A stretch of DNA of 64,000 nt from Spirochaetes bacterium GWE1_32_154. Its GTDB lineage: Bacteria > Spirochaetota > GWE2-31-10. Shown piece by piece: positions 18,409-30,091 of the stretch (positions are counted from its first letter, which is position 1; each line of letters begins with the position of its first letter). Below the pieces are notes generated by a model. The model was given only the letters and a program-made list of their open reading frames with translations, was not told the origin of the DNA and searched no databases. A program made the translations under genes and the position numbers. The stretch lies in contig MIAY01000031.1 of NCBI GenBank assembly GCA_001829315.1, positions 18,040-82,039 on the forward strand, given 5' to 3'.

Positions 18409-19504
18409 AAGACACCCTTTTTCCTATTTCAATGAATTTATCTTTGTACTCAAAAAAAACATCAAAAATATACGGATCAAAATGCCGTCCTCTTTCTTCC
18501 TTTATTATAGTAAATGTATCGGCTTTCGAATATGCAACTTTGTAAATACGCTTACTGACCAGTGCATCAAAAACATCAACAATAGCAACAATTCTTGCAG
18601 CTACAGGAATTTCTTCACCTTTTAATCCTAAGGGATATCCCGTGCCATTCCATTTTTCATGATGATACAAAGCAATATCTTTACCAACTTTAAGAAAATT
18701 GAAATTAGTATAATGTTTATATGCATTTTCAAGAATTTCACCGCCAATCACAGAATGAGTTTTCATTACTTCAAATTCATCAAATGTTAACTTCCCGGGC
18801 TTCTTTAAAATGTTATCTGATATACCGATTTTCCCGATATCATGAAGAATACTCATGCAAAATATGTCATCAATATCATCATTAGAAAAATATTTTTCAT
18901 ATTTGGATGTTAATGCTAATTTTTCTATCAAATACTTTGTATAACTTTTTATTCTATTAAGATGCTCTCCGGTTTCATTATCACGAATTTTTGCAAGTTC
19001 TGATAATGTAAAAACCATTGAATCTTTTGTATAATTAATTGTTTCTCTGCTTTTCTTTTTTATTTTCTCAATTTCAAGTTTGTTCTGTATATTTTCTGAC
19101 TTAATTTCTTTACTTCTAATATGAGAGCCTATTCTTAAAAGTAATTCAATTCTATTATACGGTTTTTTTATATAATCACTTGCACCATGAATAAAAGCCT
19201 TCTCTATTGAAAATGAATCACTATTTGAACTGACCATAAGAACTGAAGTATTAAAAATTTGAATCTGTTCATAAAGTAAACTCAAAACTTGAAATCCATC
19301 CATACCGGGAAGGTTTATATCAAGTAAGACCACATCCGGTTTCAAAGTTGTTAAGGAAGAAAGAGCTTCATTATAATTTTTTGCAAATATAAGTTCATAA
19401 AAAGGACTCAAATCCGCTTTATATCGTTCAAGCTGGGATATACTGTCATCAACACAAAGAACTGAATATTTTTTTTTCATTTCATTCGTTTCAATAACGT
19501 CCAT
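18401..19504 (-). CDS. REC-HD-GYP response regulator (RpfG-like c-di-GMP phosphodiesterase)
   Basis: REC (LLDINLP), RDNETGEH, HDIGK, HHEKWNGTGYP, DVFDAL. Confidence 0.9.
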   Translation of the reverse strand: MDVIETNEMKKKYSVLCVDDSISQLERYKADLSPFYELIFAKNYNEALSSLTTLKPDVVLLDINLPGMDGFQVLSLLYEQIQIFNTSVLMVSSNSDSFSIEKAFIHGASDYIKKPYNRIELLLRIGSHIRSKEIKSENIQNKLEIEKIKKKSRETINYTKDSMVFTLSELAKIRDNETGEHLNRIKSYTKYLIEKLALTSKYEKYFSNDDIDDIFCMSILHDIGKIGISDNILKKPGKLTFDEFEVMKTHSVIGGEILENAYKHYTNFNFLKVGKDIALYHHEKWNGTGYPLGLKGEEIPVAARIVAIVDVFDALVSKRIYKVAYSKADTFTIIKEERGRHFDPYIFDVFFEYKDKFIEIGKRVSYE

Positions 19505-19865
19505 GATTCCCCTCCTTTTTCAGCAAATTAACATCATTATCAATATATGAATAAAGATCCTTAATCGGGCATGTTACATTTCCCTTCAAATCTCTCAAAT
19601 ATTCATCTTTCATGTGTAATATAAAAAGATTATCAGGGCTTATTATTTTATATTTTTTCTTAGTAATATATTTGCTGTTAACTACATCGGTAATGATGTA
19701 GTTATTTTCTTTATTTGAAAATTCAATCTTTTCAATCCGATTAATTCCTTCAAATACATCTGATATTATCTCTATTTCAAATGGAGTCTCTTTCAGCATA
19801 GTATCGATAATTTTAGACATTAAAAAATCATTCATAATAATAAATAGATTTTTATTATTTTCCAT
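19491..19865 (-). CDS. Small hypothetical protein, possibly a degenerate receiver domain
   Basis: 124 aa, GAAGG RBS, alpha/beta pattern with IITD, overlaps the downstream gene. Confidence 0.55.
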   Translation of the reverse strand: MENNKNLFIIMNDFLMSKIIDTMLKETPFEIEIISDVFEGINRIEKIEFSNKENNYIITDVVNSKYITKKKYKIISPDNLFILHMKDEYLRDLKGNVTCPIKDLYSYIDNDVNLLKKEGNHGRY

Positions 19866-19899
19866 TCTACACCTTCTTATTTCCCTATAAAATAAAGGT

Positions 19900-20973
19900 T
19901 CAGGAAATATGCTTTATTATTTCATCTGCAACTTTTTCAAGCGGAACAATTTTATCAACCGCTTTCATTTTTATTGCTTCTTTAGGCATGCCAAACACCA
20001 CACAACTTTTCTCATCCTGGGCTATCGTAAATGCCCCGTTATCATACATCTCTTTCATTCCCCTCGCTCCGTCATCACCCATTCCTGTCATAATAACCCC
20101 GATACAATTCTTTCCGACATTATATGCGGCAGAACGGAATAAGACATCAACAGAAGGACGGTGTCTTGCTACAAGCGGACCTTCTTTTACCTCAACATAA
20201 TATTGAGTACCATTACGTTTTATTAACGTATGATAATTCCCCGGAGCAATTAAAGCCTGTCCTTTAAGTATAGTATCTCCGTTTTTTGCCTCTTTAACAG
20301 TGATCCCGCACAACGAGTTAAGACGTTCTGCAAATGACCGTGTAAAGTTTTCAGGCATGTGCTGAACTATAACAAGACCCGGCGTATCAAGCGGGAGTCC
20401 CATAAGAAATTCACGCAATGCCTCAGTTCCTCCGGTGGATGCACCGACCGCAATTACTTTTTCTGTAGTTTCGGTAAGCACCATTTTATTTTTCTTTGTT
20501 ATTATTACATCAGCGGTTAACTTTTCCTGCGGTGTGATTACATGCGGTTTGCATTTATTAAGTTTAGCTCCGGCAGCTGCTTTTACTATGTCTGTAAATA
20601 AAACTTTTGATTCTTCAAAAAAACGCTTTGTTCCAATTTTTGGTTTAGTTATTATATCAACAGCTCCTAAAGCCAATGCTTTCATCGCAGTATCCGACCC
20701 GTCAAGAGCGAGTGTTGAACAAATAACAACCGGTATCGGATGCTGAGCCATAATTTCAGTTAAAAAAGTTAAACCATCCATACGAGGCATTTCAAGATCA
20801 AGTATTATAACATCCGGACGAACTAATTTAATTTTTTCAACTGCATAATAGGGATCTGCAACAGCGCCAATTACTTCAATATCATCATCAGCAGCAAGAA
20901 CACCGGTGATTGATTGCCTTACAACAGCTGAATCATCAACTATAAGAACTTTTATTGGATTCCTTCCGGTCAT
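19900..20973 (-). CDS. cheB: Protein-glutamate methylesterase CheB
   Basis: REC domain plus [18 protein letters not shown] and MTGMGDDG. Confidence 0.96.
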   Translation of the reverse strand: MTGRNPIKVLIVDDSAVVRQSITGVLAADDDIEVIGAVADPYYAVEKIKLVRPDVIILDLEMPRMDGLTFLTEIMAQHPIPVVICSTLALDGSDTAMKALALGAVDIITKPKIGTKRFFEESKVLFTDIVKAAAGAKLNKCKPHVITPQEKLTADVIITKKNKMVLTETTEKVIAVGASTGGTEALREFLMGLPLDTPGLVIVQHMPENFTRSFAERLNSLCGITVKEAKNGDTILKGQALIAPGNYHTLIKRNGTQYYVEVKEGPLVARHRPSVDVLFRSAAYNVGKNCIGVIMTGMGDDGARGMKEMYDNGAFTIAQDEKSCVVFGMPKEAIKMKAVDKIVPLEKVADEIIKHIS

Positions 20974-20983
20974 TATTGCCTCC

Positions 20984-21838
20984 CTATTTTTTTCTGTATA
21001 TAGTTGGTGCTATATTTTTTAACTGAAGGTTAAAATTCATTAAGGTTTCAGAATGTCCGATGAAAAAATACCCGTCATTTTTTAAATAACCGGTAAGTTT
21101 CATACAAATTAATTCCTGATTTTCCTTACTAAAGTAAATAAGCATATTCCTGCAAAAAATGATGTCAAACTCTTCAAAAAACGGGTAAGTACAATCCATC
21201 AGATTGACGACTTTAAAACATGTTCTTTCCGCAATCTCCGGTATTATCTTAGCAAACCCTTCATGTGAGCTTTTACCCCGGAGAAAATAACGGTGTTTTA
21301 ATTCAAGAGGAATTGTTTCTATTGCAGATTCAGGGTATATACCATGTATTGCTTTGTGAATAACTTTTTCGGAAACATCAGTTCCGGTAATAGTATATTT
21401 AATCTCAGGCATAGAATTCACACGCTTAAATTCTTCAATCGTACATGCAAGAGAATATACTTCTTCACCGGTTGAACATGGAGCACTTAATATTTTTAAT
21501 GTTTTTCCATGACAATCATATTTTGTATGAAATATATCAGGTAAAACTTTATTCAACAGATAATTGAAATGCTGAGGTTCTCTGAAAAATCTGGTTTCAT
21601 GGGTAGAAACCAGATCAGCAAAAATTGGAAGTTCATTAAAGATTCCATCTTCACTCGTAAGATATTTAAAATAAGTACTGTATGATTCAAAATCAAGTTC
21701 TTTTAACCTTTTTGAAAGCCTTGTGGTAAGAAGTATTTTTTTGGTTGTGGGCATTCTTATACCAAATTGAGATTCAATAAAATTACTTATCTGATATCGT
21801 TCTGTTTCACTCATTGAATTGGTATACATCATATCCAT
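20984..21838 (-). CDS. cheR: Protein-glutamate methyltransferase CheR
   Basis: [29 protein letters not shown]. Confidence 0.95.
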   Translation of the reverse strand: MDMMYTNSMSETERYQISNFIESQFGIRMPTTKKILLTTRLSKRLKELDFESYSTYFKYLTSEDGIFNELPIFADLVSTHETRFFREPQHFNYLLNKVLPDIFHTKYDCHGKTLKILSAPCSTGEEVYSLACTIEEFKRVNSMPEIKYTITGTDVSEKVIHKAIHGIYPESAIETIPLELKHRYFLRGKSSHEGFAKIIPEIAERTCFKVVNLMDCTYPFFEEFDIIFCRNMLIYFSKENQELICMKLTGYLKNDGYFFIGHSETLMNFNLQLKNIAPTIYRKK

Positions 21839-21859
21839 ATCATCCTCCCATAAAATACA

Positions 21860-22366
21860 TTACCCGACAGATTCTATGTCATCTGATGGTATATGTGCTG
21901 TTATAATTGATAATTCTTTTTCTGAAAAAACATTATCCGCATTGAGAATCATAACAAAATTCGTATTACTTTTTGCTATTGAATGAATAAGATTAACATT
22001 AAGTTGCATTCCGATTTTAGGTGGTGGTTCTTTCTGACTTTCATCAAACCGGACAACAGCTTTTACTGCATCAACGAGTGCTCCAATTGTTATAACCTCT
22101 TTACCGTATAAAACCTCAACAATAATGACTGAGGTATCAATTGTACGTTCATTTGGTTTCATACTGAATTTCTCTCTTAAATTGATTACAGGAACAACAC
22201 TCCCTCTTAGATTAATAACGCCTGCCATAAAGGATGGTGTTCTTGGAATCGGTGTAATCTTTACGAGATTTAACACCTCTTTTGTTTTCAATACATCGAA
22301 TGCATACGTTTCATTATCAAGAACAAATGTAAGATATTGCTCATTTTCAACTTTTACTTCACTCAT
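21860..22366 (-). CDS. cheW: Chemotaxis coupling protein CheW
   Basis: QYLTF, GVINLRGSVVPV; GGAGG RBS before ATG 22366. Confidence 0.93.
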   Translation of the reverse strand: MSEVKVENEQYLTFVLDNETYAFDVLKTKEVLNLVKITPIPRTPSFMAGVINLRGSVVPVINLREKFSMKPNERTIDTSVIIVEVLYGKEVITIGALVDAVKAVVRFDESQKEPPPKIGMQLNVNLIHSIAKSNTNFVMILNADNVFSEKELSIITAHIPSDDIESVG

Positions 22367-22382
22367 AAAAACCTCCTGATTA

Positions 22383-24431
22383 TCATAAACACTTATCCAG
22401 CCTGCTATAATTTTTATTAACAATCGTATTAAGATCCATTATCAATGCAATGGTTCCATCCCCCAATATTGTTGCTCCTGATAATTCATCAACCGACCTC
22501 AACGCTGCAGAAAGCGGTTTAATAACCGTCTGATGTTTACCTTTTACATGATCAAATACAAGACCTACTTTTTTCCCGTCAACCATAACTATAACCATAC
22601 ATTCAATATCAGGTTTGTTTGTCTGAATATTAAAACTATCCCGTATTTTAATAAATGGTATTAGCTCACCACGAAGATAAATAACATCACCGCCATGATT
22701 GTTTGATAAAATATCTTTCGTAAGATCAACACATTCTTCAACATTTGAAAGGTTAATTAAATAATGATTATCGTTTATCGACGTTAAAAGTCCGTCAATA
22801 ATCGCCAATGTTAATGGAATCAAAATAGTTATTGATGTCCCTCTGTCTTTTTCAGAATTTATTTTAATTGTCCCTCTCATTTTTTCTATACTTTTTTTTA
22901 CTACATCCATACCAACACCACGACCTGAAATCTCCGTAGCCTCATCATTTGTTGAAAATCCGGGCTCAAAAATGGTGTTAATTATTTCACATCGATCTGC
23001 ATCGTGCGAAATCAATCCTTTTTCAATCGCTTTTACTCTGATTTTTTCAATATCAAGTCCCTTACCGTCATCGGTTACAATAATTTCAACATTTGAACCT
23101 GAATATCCCGCAGAAATGGTTATTGTACCTTTTACCGGTTTGTTTTTTGACTTTCTTGTATTTTCATCCTCAAGTCCGTGATCTGCTGCATTTCTGATAA
23201 TGTGCATAAGAGGATCTCTCAAAGAATCGATAAGATTTTTATCAATCTCCGTGTCACCGCCATTTGTTATTAACTGAATGTTTTTATTCAAATTATGTGA
23301 TAAATCGCGAATCATTCTGGTAAAACTATTAAATGTTTCAGAAAACGGTATCATACGAATGTTCATCGAAATATCCCTTAAATCATCGGTTATTCGTCCG
23401 AGATATTCTGAAATGACAAGAAACTCTTTCTGTTTTGACTTAACAGATTCTTCATGTAATCGCGCCTGAAGTGTCACAAATTCACCAACAAGATTAATTA
23501 GATTATCAAGTTTTTCATTCTTTATTCTGATTGTACTTACTTCAACTTTATTTTTTTGTTCCTGAAGAATTGTTCGTGCCAGTTTCTGTTCTACAACGGC
23601 ACCATCAATTTTTTCCTGACTGATAATACCCTTGTCTAATGCGATTTCACCAAAAAGTTTTTGTTCGGATTTAATTGAACTAATCATCTCTCCGGTTAAA
23701 ACCCCGTTATCAACAAGGATTTCACCGATTTTCTTATAATTCCCGTCAGGATATTGAAAAAAATCCGTAACTTGATTAATACTGATTTCCGAATCATTTT
23801 CTACAAAAATAAAAGCATTTCTAACTTCGTCTATATCCAACTCAGTAATAAGTAAAATAAGCCACGATATATAACAGCACTCAAAATCATACGATTCAAA
23901 TGGTGGAATACTATCAATATAAGATATTAGCTTTGATTCACCATACGAACTGACCTCTTCAAAAATTTTAATTATATCAATACCTCTTTTAAAAACATCA
24001 TTCGCCGGTGTAAAATTGATTCTTAAAAATCGTTTTGTTCCTGTCTTTTTAGAACCCGTATTTGACTTGATTTTTTTTAACTGTGATAAAACATTTTTTC
24101 TATCAATGATATCAGTATCAGAATCACTATTCAATAATTTTTTAATTTGATCAGAGGCGGTGAGTGATAAATCAATAATTTCTTTTGTTACTTTACAGTT
24201 ACCGTTTCTGATATCATTAAAAGTCGACTCAAATTCGTGAGTAAAATCAGCAATTTTTGTAAAGCCGAACATAGCGCCCGAACCTTTAATTGTATGAAGA
24301 TACCTGAATATATTGTTTATAACTTCGCCATCCTCAGGTGTATCCTCAAGAATAATTAACGATTGTTCCAACTCTTTGAGTAATTCAACCGCTTCTTCAA
24401 TATAAACATCTTTATTCACTGTATAATCCAT
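22383..24431 (-). CDS. cheA: Chemotaxis histidine kinase CheA with MshEN-like insert
   Basis: HTIKGSG Hpt, HIIRNAADHG, GRGVGMDVV and C-terminal CheW domain. Confidence 0.95.
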   Translation of the reverse strand: MDYTVNKDVYIEEAVELLKELEQSLIILEDTPEDGEVINNIFRYLHTIKGSGAMFGFTKIADFTHEFESTFNDIRNGNCKVTKEIIDLSLTASDQIKKLLNSDSDTDIIDRKNVLSQLKKIKSNTGSKKTGTKRFLRINFTPANDVFKRGIDIIKIFEEVSSYGESKLISYIDSIPPFESYDFECCYISWLILLITELDIDEVRNAFIFVENDSEISINQVTDFFQYPDGNYKKIGEILVDNGVLTGEMISSIKSEQKLFGEIALDKGIISQEKIDGAVVEQKLARTILQEQKNKVEVSTIRIKNEKLDNLINLVGEFVTLQARLHEESVKSKQKEFLVISEYLGRITDDLRDISMNIRMIPFSETFNSFTRMIRDLSHNLNKNIQLITNGGDTEIDKNLIDSLRDPLMHIIRNAADHGLEDENTRKSKNKPVKGTITISAGYSGSNVEIIVTDDGKGLDIEKIRVKAIEKGLISHDADRCEIINTIFEPGFSTNDEATEISGRGVGMDVVKKSIEKMRGTIKINSEKDRGTSITILIPLTLAIIDGLLTSINDNHYLINLSNVEECVDLTKDILSNNHGGDVIYLRGELIPFIKIRDSFNIQTNKPDIECMVIVMVDGKKVGLVFDHVKGKHQTVIKPLSAALRSVDELSGATILGDGTIALIMDLNTIVNKNYSRLDKCL

Positions 24432-24433
24432 TT

Positions 24434-24742
24434 TCAAACCCTCGCCAGACGGGATATATCAAGACCGACAATAGAAGAAATTCTTGATAATTCACTGCAT
24501 TTTTCCAGCTCCATAAATGACATTGAAATATTCTTATGATTGCATTGTTTATTTAAGCAAAATATAAACTGTAAAAAACAAAGATCATATTTGGTAACAT
24601 CACGAAGATCAAATTGTATACCTTTAATCTCTAATTGTTGTACTGCTTCAATTTTCTCAATAACTTCGGCAATACATTCAATTGTTGCAGATTTTGATAT
24701 TTTTACAATAACACCATCATTAATATTAATAACTTCTACCAT
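24434..24742 (-). CDS. STAS domain protein
   Basis: 102 aa; FDLRDVTKYDLCFLQ STAS-like motif; typical position before cheA. Confidence 0.75.
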   Translation of the reverse strand: MVEVININDGVIVKISKSATIECIAEVIEKIEAVQQLEIKGIQFDLRDVTKYDLCFLQFIFCLNKQCNHKNISMSFMELEKCSELSRISSIVGLDISRLARV

Positions 24743-24770
24743 CGTATACCTTCCTTAATTTCTCACTTTC

Positions 24771-26378
24771 TTAATATTTTTCAAAATCATTAATATCACT
24801 GTCTTCTTTTGCCAATTCGATATGAACACCACTTGAATGTATATTATGATGAATATCAGTTCGTCCGTCGGTGATATGTTTGGAATTTTTTTTACCATTG
24901 CTATCAGGTAGATGCGTTGGCAAAAGAAAATGAGTTGAATGGCTTCCATTTTTACTATCATGAATAACTGTTTTCTTTCTATCAGTGAAGTTATTGCGAC
25001 TTGAGGCAACTTTATCACTTCCATATTTCAATGTGTTTATTGCAGACTGCATTTGAATAGACTGTGCTGCAAGCTCCTCGGCTGTTGCAGCAAGCTCTTC
25101 TGCATTAGCGGCATTTTGCTGAACCACCGAATTGAGTTGCATAACAGCAGTATTTATCTGTTGAATACCATTTGCCTGTTCACCGCTTGCTGCATTTATT
25201 TCAGCAACAAGTTCTGATGTTTTTTCTATATCCGGTACAAGACTCGATAGCATAGTACCCGCATCAACAGCAATTTCAACGCTCTCTTTTGACAACTTAC
25301 CGATTTCGACAGCAGACTGCTGACTTCTTTCTGCAAGTTTCTGTACTTCACTGGCAACAACTGCAAAACCCCTTCCATGTTCCCCGGCACGGGCAGCTTC
25401 AATGGAAGCATTAAGAGAAAGTAAGTTCGTCTGTCTGGCTATTTCCTGAATTATTGATACTTTTTCAGCAATTTCTTCCATTGCTTTAACCGTTTTGCCA
25501 ACAGCAACACCGCAAACTTTTGCATCATTGGCACTTTTTTCGGCTATCTTTTCTGTCTGGCTTGCATTATCAGAATTCTGTCTGATAGTTGCCGTCATTT
25601 GTTCAATAGAGGAGGAAACCTCTTCAACATTTGCAGCCTGTTCTGACGCCCCCTGAGAAAGCTCTTCAGAAGAAGAAGATATTTGTTCTGTTCCAACACT
25701 TACCTGATTTGATGAACTGTCAACAGAATCGACAACTTTAATGATTGACCTGATTAATAGAAATGATATAACAAATGCAAGGAGAATACCCGCACCAATT
25801 ATTGTTATCATTAACACAGTTGAAAAATTTGCTGTTTTCGTGTTTTCATCAGCGATAATTTTACCTTTATTTAAACTGTACGCATATAAAGTATCAATTT
25901 CATTATTAACAATATTTTTAATGGTTGTAAAATCACCATTCATTAATATAAGAGCTTCATCCATTCTTTTTTCTTTAATAAGTGTAATGAATTTTGACAC
26001 CGTTTCTTTATATATAACAGCTTCCTTAATTAATACTGAAAACATTTCCTTTTCTTCTGCACTGCTTATAGTTTTCTCGTACACAGCTGCATCTTCATCC
26101 ATTTTAGTTAACAGCATATTAATTTCATTTACATGTGCATTTATTCTCTCAGGGTTCTCATAATTTATAAAAGCTAATAAATAATTTGCCCTGACACGGT
26201 GAAAATAAGCTGAAATATGGCCAATTTCACCAAGAGGTATCAAACCTTTTTCATATAATGCAGTATCCGCAGTATCAATTTTTCTAATCTGAATAATACC
26301 AAAAATACCGATTACGACAGAAACCAATATTACAGCACAAAAACTTATTACAATTTTCATCCCGATTCCTATTTTCAT
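24771..26378 (-). CDS. Methyl-accepting chemotaxis protein (four-helix-bundle sensor, short signalling domain)
   Basis: Two TM segments, helical periplasmic domain, [30 protein letters not shown]; GGAGG RBS before ATG 26378. Confidence 0.92.
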   Translation of the reverse strand: MKIGIGMKIVISFCAVILVSVVIGIFGIIQIRKIDTADTALYEKGLIPLGEIGHISAYFHRVRANYLLAFINYENPERINAHVNEINMLLTKMDEDAAVYEKTISSAEEKEMFSVLIKEAVIYKETVSKFITLIKEKRMDEALILMNGDFTTIKNIVNNEIDTLYAYSLNKGKIIADENTKTANFSTVLMITIIGAGILLAFVISFLLIRSIIKVVDSVDSSSNQVSVGTEQISSSSEELSQGASEQAANVEEVSSSIEQMTATIRQNSDNASQTEKIAEKSANDAKVCGVAVGKTVKAMEEIAEKVSIIQEIARQTNLLSLNASIEAARAGEHGRGFAVVASEVQKLAERSQQSAVEIGKLSKESVEIAVDAGTMLSSLVPDIEKTSELVAEINAASGEQANGIQQINTAVMQLNSVVQQNAANAEELAATAEELAAQSIQMQSAINTLKYGSDKVASSRNNFTDRKKTVIHDSKNGSHSTHFLLPTHLPDSNGKKNSKHITDGRTDIHHNIHSSGVHIELAKEDSDINDFEKY

Positions 26379-26407
26379 AAAAAGCCTCCTTTTCATTTAC
26401 TTGATAA

Positions 26408-26423
26408 AGCAGAAGGTGTGCCG
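26408..26423 (-). promoter_or_regulatory. sigma54 (-24/-12) promoter of the che operon
   Basis: Minus strand CGGCACACCTTCTGCT (GG-N10-GC). Confidence 0.72.
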
Positions 26424-26528
26424 TAAATAAGATTATTTGAAAAAATTGTTAATGATGGGGTTTATTCTTTATGAATATTTTTTAAATATTGATTTTATAC
26501 ATAATATTGTATTTATAGTTTATGTGAC

Positions 26529-26547
26529 ATGTAAAATATTTTTACAT
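26529..26547. promoter_or_regulatory. Putative bEBP upstream activator site
   Basis: ATGTAAAA-TAT-TTTTACAT palindrome about 105 bp upstream of the sigma54 site; a weaker copy starts near 26559. Confidence 0.55.
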
Positions 26548-26570
26548 TTCTATCAAATATGTATATTTTT

Positions 26571-27971
26571 TTACCTGGATTTAAGTTTATTATTTAAAGT
26601 CTGTCTTGTAATACCAAGCAATACAGCAGCCAATGACTGGTTATTTCCGGTTTTCTGAAGGGCTTTTTCAATCATCACTTTTTCAACTTCCGATAACGAT
26701 GGAAAATGGTATTCATCATGTATTGTAAAAACCGTCCCTGTTTTTGACTGTTCTACGGGTATTTCTTTCATATAATTTTCATTCAGTTTTAGTTTAAAAG
26801 AATCCAGTGAAAGTATATTATTTTCATTAATACTCACAGCATCATGAATAATTGCCTCCAACTCTCTTATATTCCCCGGAAAACCATAACATGAGAGTAA
26901 CGTAATTAATTCTTTCGGATACCCGGGTATTTTTCTTCCCTGTAATAGTGCAGAATTACTTACAAAATGTTCAACAAGAGCCCGAATATCTTCTTTTCTT
27001 TCACGTAATGGTGGTATAGAAATATGATGAGTACATAAACGATAATACAGGTCTTTTCTAAATTCACCGTTGGATTGAGCTTCATTCAGATTTTTGTTTG
27101 TTGCAACAATAATTCTTACATTTGCCTGCATTGGTAGATCTGAACCCAATTGAAAATATTCATTTGACTGTAAAAGACGTAAAAGCTTAACCTGGGACTG
27201 CATTGATAAATCACCGATTTCATCAAGAAAAAGTGTCCCGTTTTCAGCCTCTTTAATTAATCCCGATCTGGAATTTTCCGCATTCGTAAATGCCCCTTTT
27301 TTATGACCGAAAAGCGTATCAGTAAACATTGCATCATCAAGACCTGCAATATTAACGGTAATTAATTTTCCCTCTCTTTTACTCGCCTTATAAATTGCCT
27401 GTGCAAAAAGCTCTTTACCTACACCGGTTTCTCCGGTAATAAGAATTGGCTGACTTGAACAGGCTATTGATTCAATGTATTTAAAAAATGAAATCATTTT
27501 CTTATTTGTTGTTATAATTTCTGAAAAATATTCGGGATGCTTTAATTCTTCGGTAAGCATATTATCTTTTAAGCTTTTATTTTCATTAAGTAACTCATTA
27601 ATCTTTGTTATATAATGAATGGTTGCCAGTAATTTTTCTTTTTCAACCGGTTTAATCAAAAAGTCACTTGCACCATTTTTCATACAACGAACAGCTGTGT
27701 TTATATCGTTATTACTTGTTATAATAACAACCGGTATTTCAGGATGTGAATCGGCCAGTTCTTTCAGTAGCACTTCTCCGTTTTTAGCCGGCATATAAAG
27801 ATCAAGAAGTATAAGACTTATTGTATTTTCGTCAAGAATTGAATGAATCTCCATCGGATTATTACATGATAGTATTTTTTTATACCCTGCAGAACGCAGA
27901 ACTAATGATAAACTGTCTGTTATCAGACAATCATCATCGACAATTAATATCATGCTATTCTTTTGATCCAC
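26571..27971 (-). CDS. NtrC-family sigma54-dependent response regulator
   Basis: REC, GETGVGKE, GAFTNA, LFLDEIG, PGNIREL and Fis-type HTH; GTG start after GAGGAGG. Confidence 0.93.
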   Translation of the reverse strand: MDQKNSMILIVDDDCLITDSLSLVLRSAGYKKILSCNNPMEIHSILDENTISLILLDLYMPAKNGEVLLKELADSHPEIPVVIITSNNDINTAVRCMKNGASDFLIKPVEKEKLLATIHYITKINELLNENKSLKDNMLTEELKHPEYFSEIITTNKKMISFFKYIESIACSSQPILITGETGVGKELFAQAIYKASKREGKLITVNIAGLDDAMFTDTLFGHKKGAFTNAENSRSGLIKEAENGTLFLDEIGDLSMQSQVKLLRLLQSNEYFQLGSDLPMQANVRIIVATNKNLNEAQSNGEFRKDLYYRLCTHHISIPPLRERKEDIRALVEHFVSNSALLQGRKIPGYPKELITLLSCYGFPGNIRELEAIIHDAVSINENNILSLDSFKLKLNENYMKEIPVEQSKTGTVFTIHDEYHFPSLSEVEKVMIEKALQKTGNNQSLAAVLLGITRQTLNNKLKSR

Positions 27972-30066
27972 GATTAACCTCCTCACAATGTAAAGGAAAA
28001 CTTACCGTAACAGTAGTTCCTTCACCCAAAACCGATTTATACTCAAGTGTACCTTTATACGTCTGAATAATATTTCTTGAAACATAAATACCCAATCCGG
28101 AACCGCCGGTATTTTTCTTTGTTGTATTAAATGGAATAGTCAGTTTCTTTAATGCACTTTCATCCATTCCACACCCGTTATCCTGAATTCGAACAAAAAT
28201 TGAACCGTTTTCATTATATCCTGTAGATATACAAATTGTACCTGATTCGTCTGAAAGAGCCTGATATGCATTTTGTATAAGATTAATAAGAACCTGTTCT
28301 ATTCTCTTAAAATTACAATTTATCAATAATTTTGAATCAGATAAACGAAGATCAATTATTTCAGTATACGATTTCACTATCGAAGATAGAAGTTCAATTG
28401 ATGACAAAACAATCATATTTAAATCGGAATACTCATTACACGCAAATTGATCGTTTCTAATATATAACTTTAATTCATCAATAATATGTTTTATATTATA
28501 CGAACTTTTTAATATATTACCATACATACCTTCAATACTTTCTTTTACTTCATTATAACTCAAACCTGCTATATAAAAATCACCATTATTTACATAATAT
28601 TCTTCAAGTATCGGGCGAACATTGCCCCATATTTCTGATAGAATTTCAATATTCGTCATGATATATTGATTGGGATTATTAATTTCATGTGCAATCCCCG
28701 ATGCAAGAAGCCCGATAGAACTCATTTTATCAATTTGGATTAAATTCTCTTCCATTAGCTTATTTTTTTCATCATTAAGTTTTTTTTCAGTAATGTCATT
28801 ACAAACATACATAAAGCCGATCACTTTGTCATTATGAATAACATTACTTACTGTCATTAATACATTAATTGTATTGCCTGACAGTGTAATCTGTCTGACA
28901 TCACCTTTCCATATATTGTCTTTTGAAATACTCAATTCAATATCAGGAAATAAATTTTTCTTAAATCCATGACTATCAGAAAACAATTTAAATATTTCAG
29001 TTCCAATAATTTCAACAGCTTTCCATCCGTATATTTTTTCAGCGGCTTTATTCCAGCTTTTTATAGTGTGCTGACAATCGGTAGATATAACTGCATCCGA
29101 TATATTTTCAAGAACTAAAGCGGTATAAATAAGTTTTTCTTCAAATTCTTTATTTTGAGTAATATCCTTAATTAATCCATCATACCCTGACATTAGTCCA
29201 TTTAAGTCATACCGTATAACTATTGTATTCAAAATCCACTTTAAACTTCCATTTTTATGATAATTTCTATGCTCAAGTGGTTCTGTTTTTATTCCCTTCT
29301 GAGCATTTTCTGCCATTTGTTTTACAGTATCCCGATCATTTTCATGAACCATATTGATCCATAAATACGTATCAATAGAAATTTCTTCTTTTGTATACCC
29401 TGTAATTATATAACACTGGTCGGTATGTATCGTTTGTATTGTTTTTCCATTTTCAACCTTAACACTATACATATAATCTGTAATCTCGTTAGTAATATTT
29501 TGAAACCGTTTATTTGATTCTTTAATACGGTTAAGTGTAGTTTTGTATTCATTTTCCCGTGCTATTTTTTTTTCCAACTCTTTTCTTTTTGTAATATCAC
29601 GTGATACTCCAAATAATGCCACTAATTTATGAGAAGAATCAAGGATAAATGATGTTGATATTTCAACCCATTTATATGACCCGTCTTTGCATAACTGTTC
29701 TATTTCGTCGAATTTAGTCTTTTGCGTTTCATCGCCAGCAAAAAAGCTAATAATTCGTTCATTGATAGTTTCAGTAATCGATGAATAATAACTGGGGGAA
29801 ATTGTTTCAAATAATGACTGATTCATTGCCTCTTCAACAGTATAGCCGGTCAAATATCGAACGGATGGAGTGATAAAAGTGAATTTCAATGTTTTTGAAT
29901 CAATAATCCAAAAAACATCACGGGTGTTTTCTGTAATTATATTAAATTTATCTAAAATATCTCTGTATTGATCAAAACCATCAAAACCATGTTCACTTTG
30001 ATACGCTTTAACAATAAAATTTAAATCTTTGTGAATATGAATTGTATTTTGTTCGTCATATTTCAT
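27955..30066 (-). CDS. Cytoplasmic multi-PAS sensor histidine kinase
   Basis: Three PAS/PAC repeats; GIAHEINNP; NLIQNA; GSGLG; no TM segment. Confidence 0.92.
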   Translation of the reverse strand: MKYDEQNTIHIHKDLNFIVKAYQSEHGFDGFDQYRDILDKFNIITENTRDVFWIIDSKTLKFTFITPSVRYLTGYTVEEAMNQSLFETISPSYYSSITETINERIISFFAGDETQKTKFDEIEQLCKDGSYKWVEISTSFILDSSHKLVALFGVSRDITKRKELEKKIARENEYKTTLNRIKESNKRFQNITNEITDYMYSVKVENGKTIQTIHTDQCYIITGYTKEEISIDTYLWINMVHENDRDTVKQMAENAQKGIKTEPLEHRNYHKNGSLKWILNTIVIRYDLNGLMSGYDGLIKDITQNKEFEEKLIYTALVLENISDAVISTDCQHTIKSWNKAAEKIYGWKAVEIIGTEIFKLFSDSHGFKKNLFPDIELSISKDNIWKGDVRQITLSGNTINVLMTVSNVIHNDKVIGFMYVCNDITEKKLNDEKNKLMEENLIQIDKMSSIGLLASGIAHEINNPNQYIMTNIEILSEIWGNVRPILEEYYVNNGDFYIAGLSYNEVKESIEGMYGNILKSSYNIKHIIDELKLYIRNDQFACNEYSDLNMIVLSSIELLSSIVKSYTEIIDLRLSDSKLLINCNFKRIEQVLINLIQNAYQALSDESGTICISTGYNENGSIFVRIQDNGCGMDESALKKLTIPFNTTKKNTGGSGLGIYVSRNIIQTYKGTLEYKSVLGEGTTVTVSFPLHCEEVNRGSKE

Positions 30067-30091
30067 ACATTAACACCCTATTTTACACCAA

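Noticed and set aside
26437-26658. 73-aa plus-strand ORF in the che promoter region
   Set aside because: AT-rich regulatory DNA overlapping the enhancer and the bEBP 3' end; no RBS
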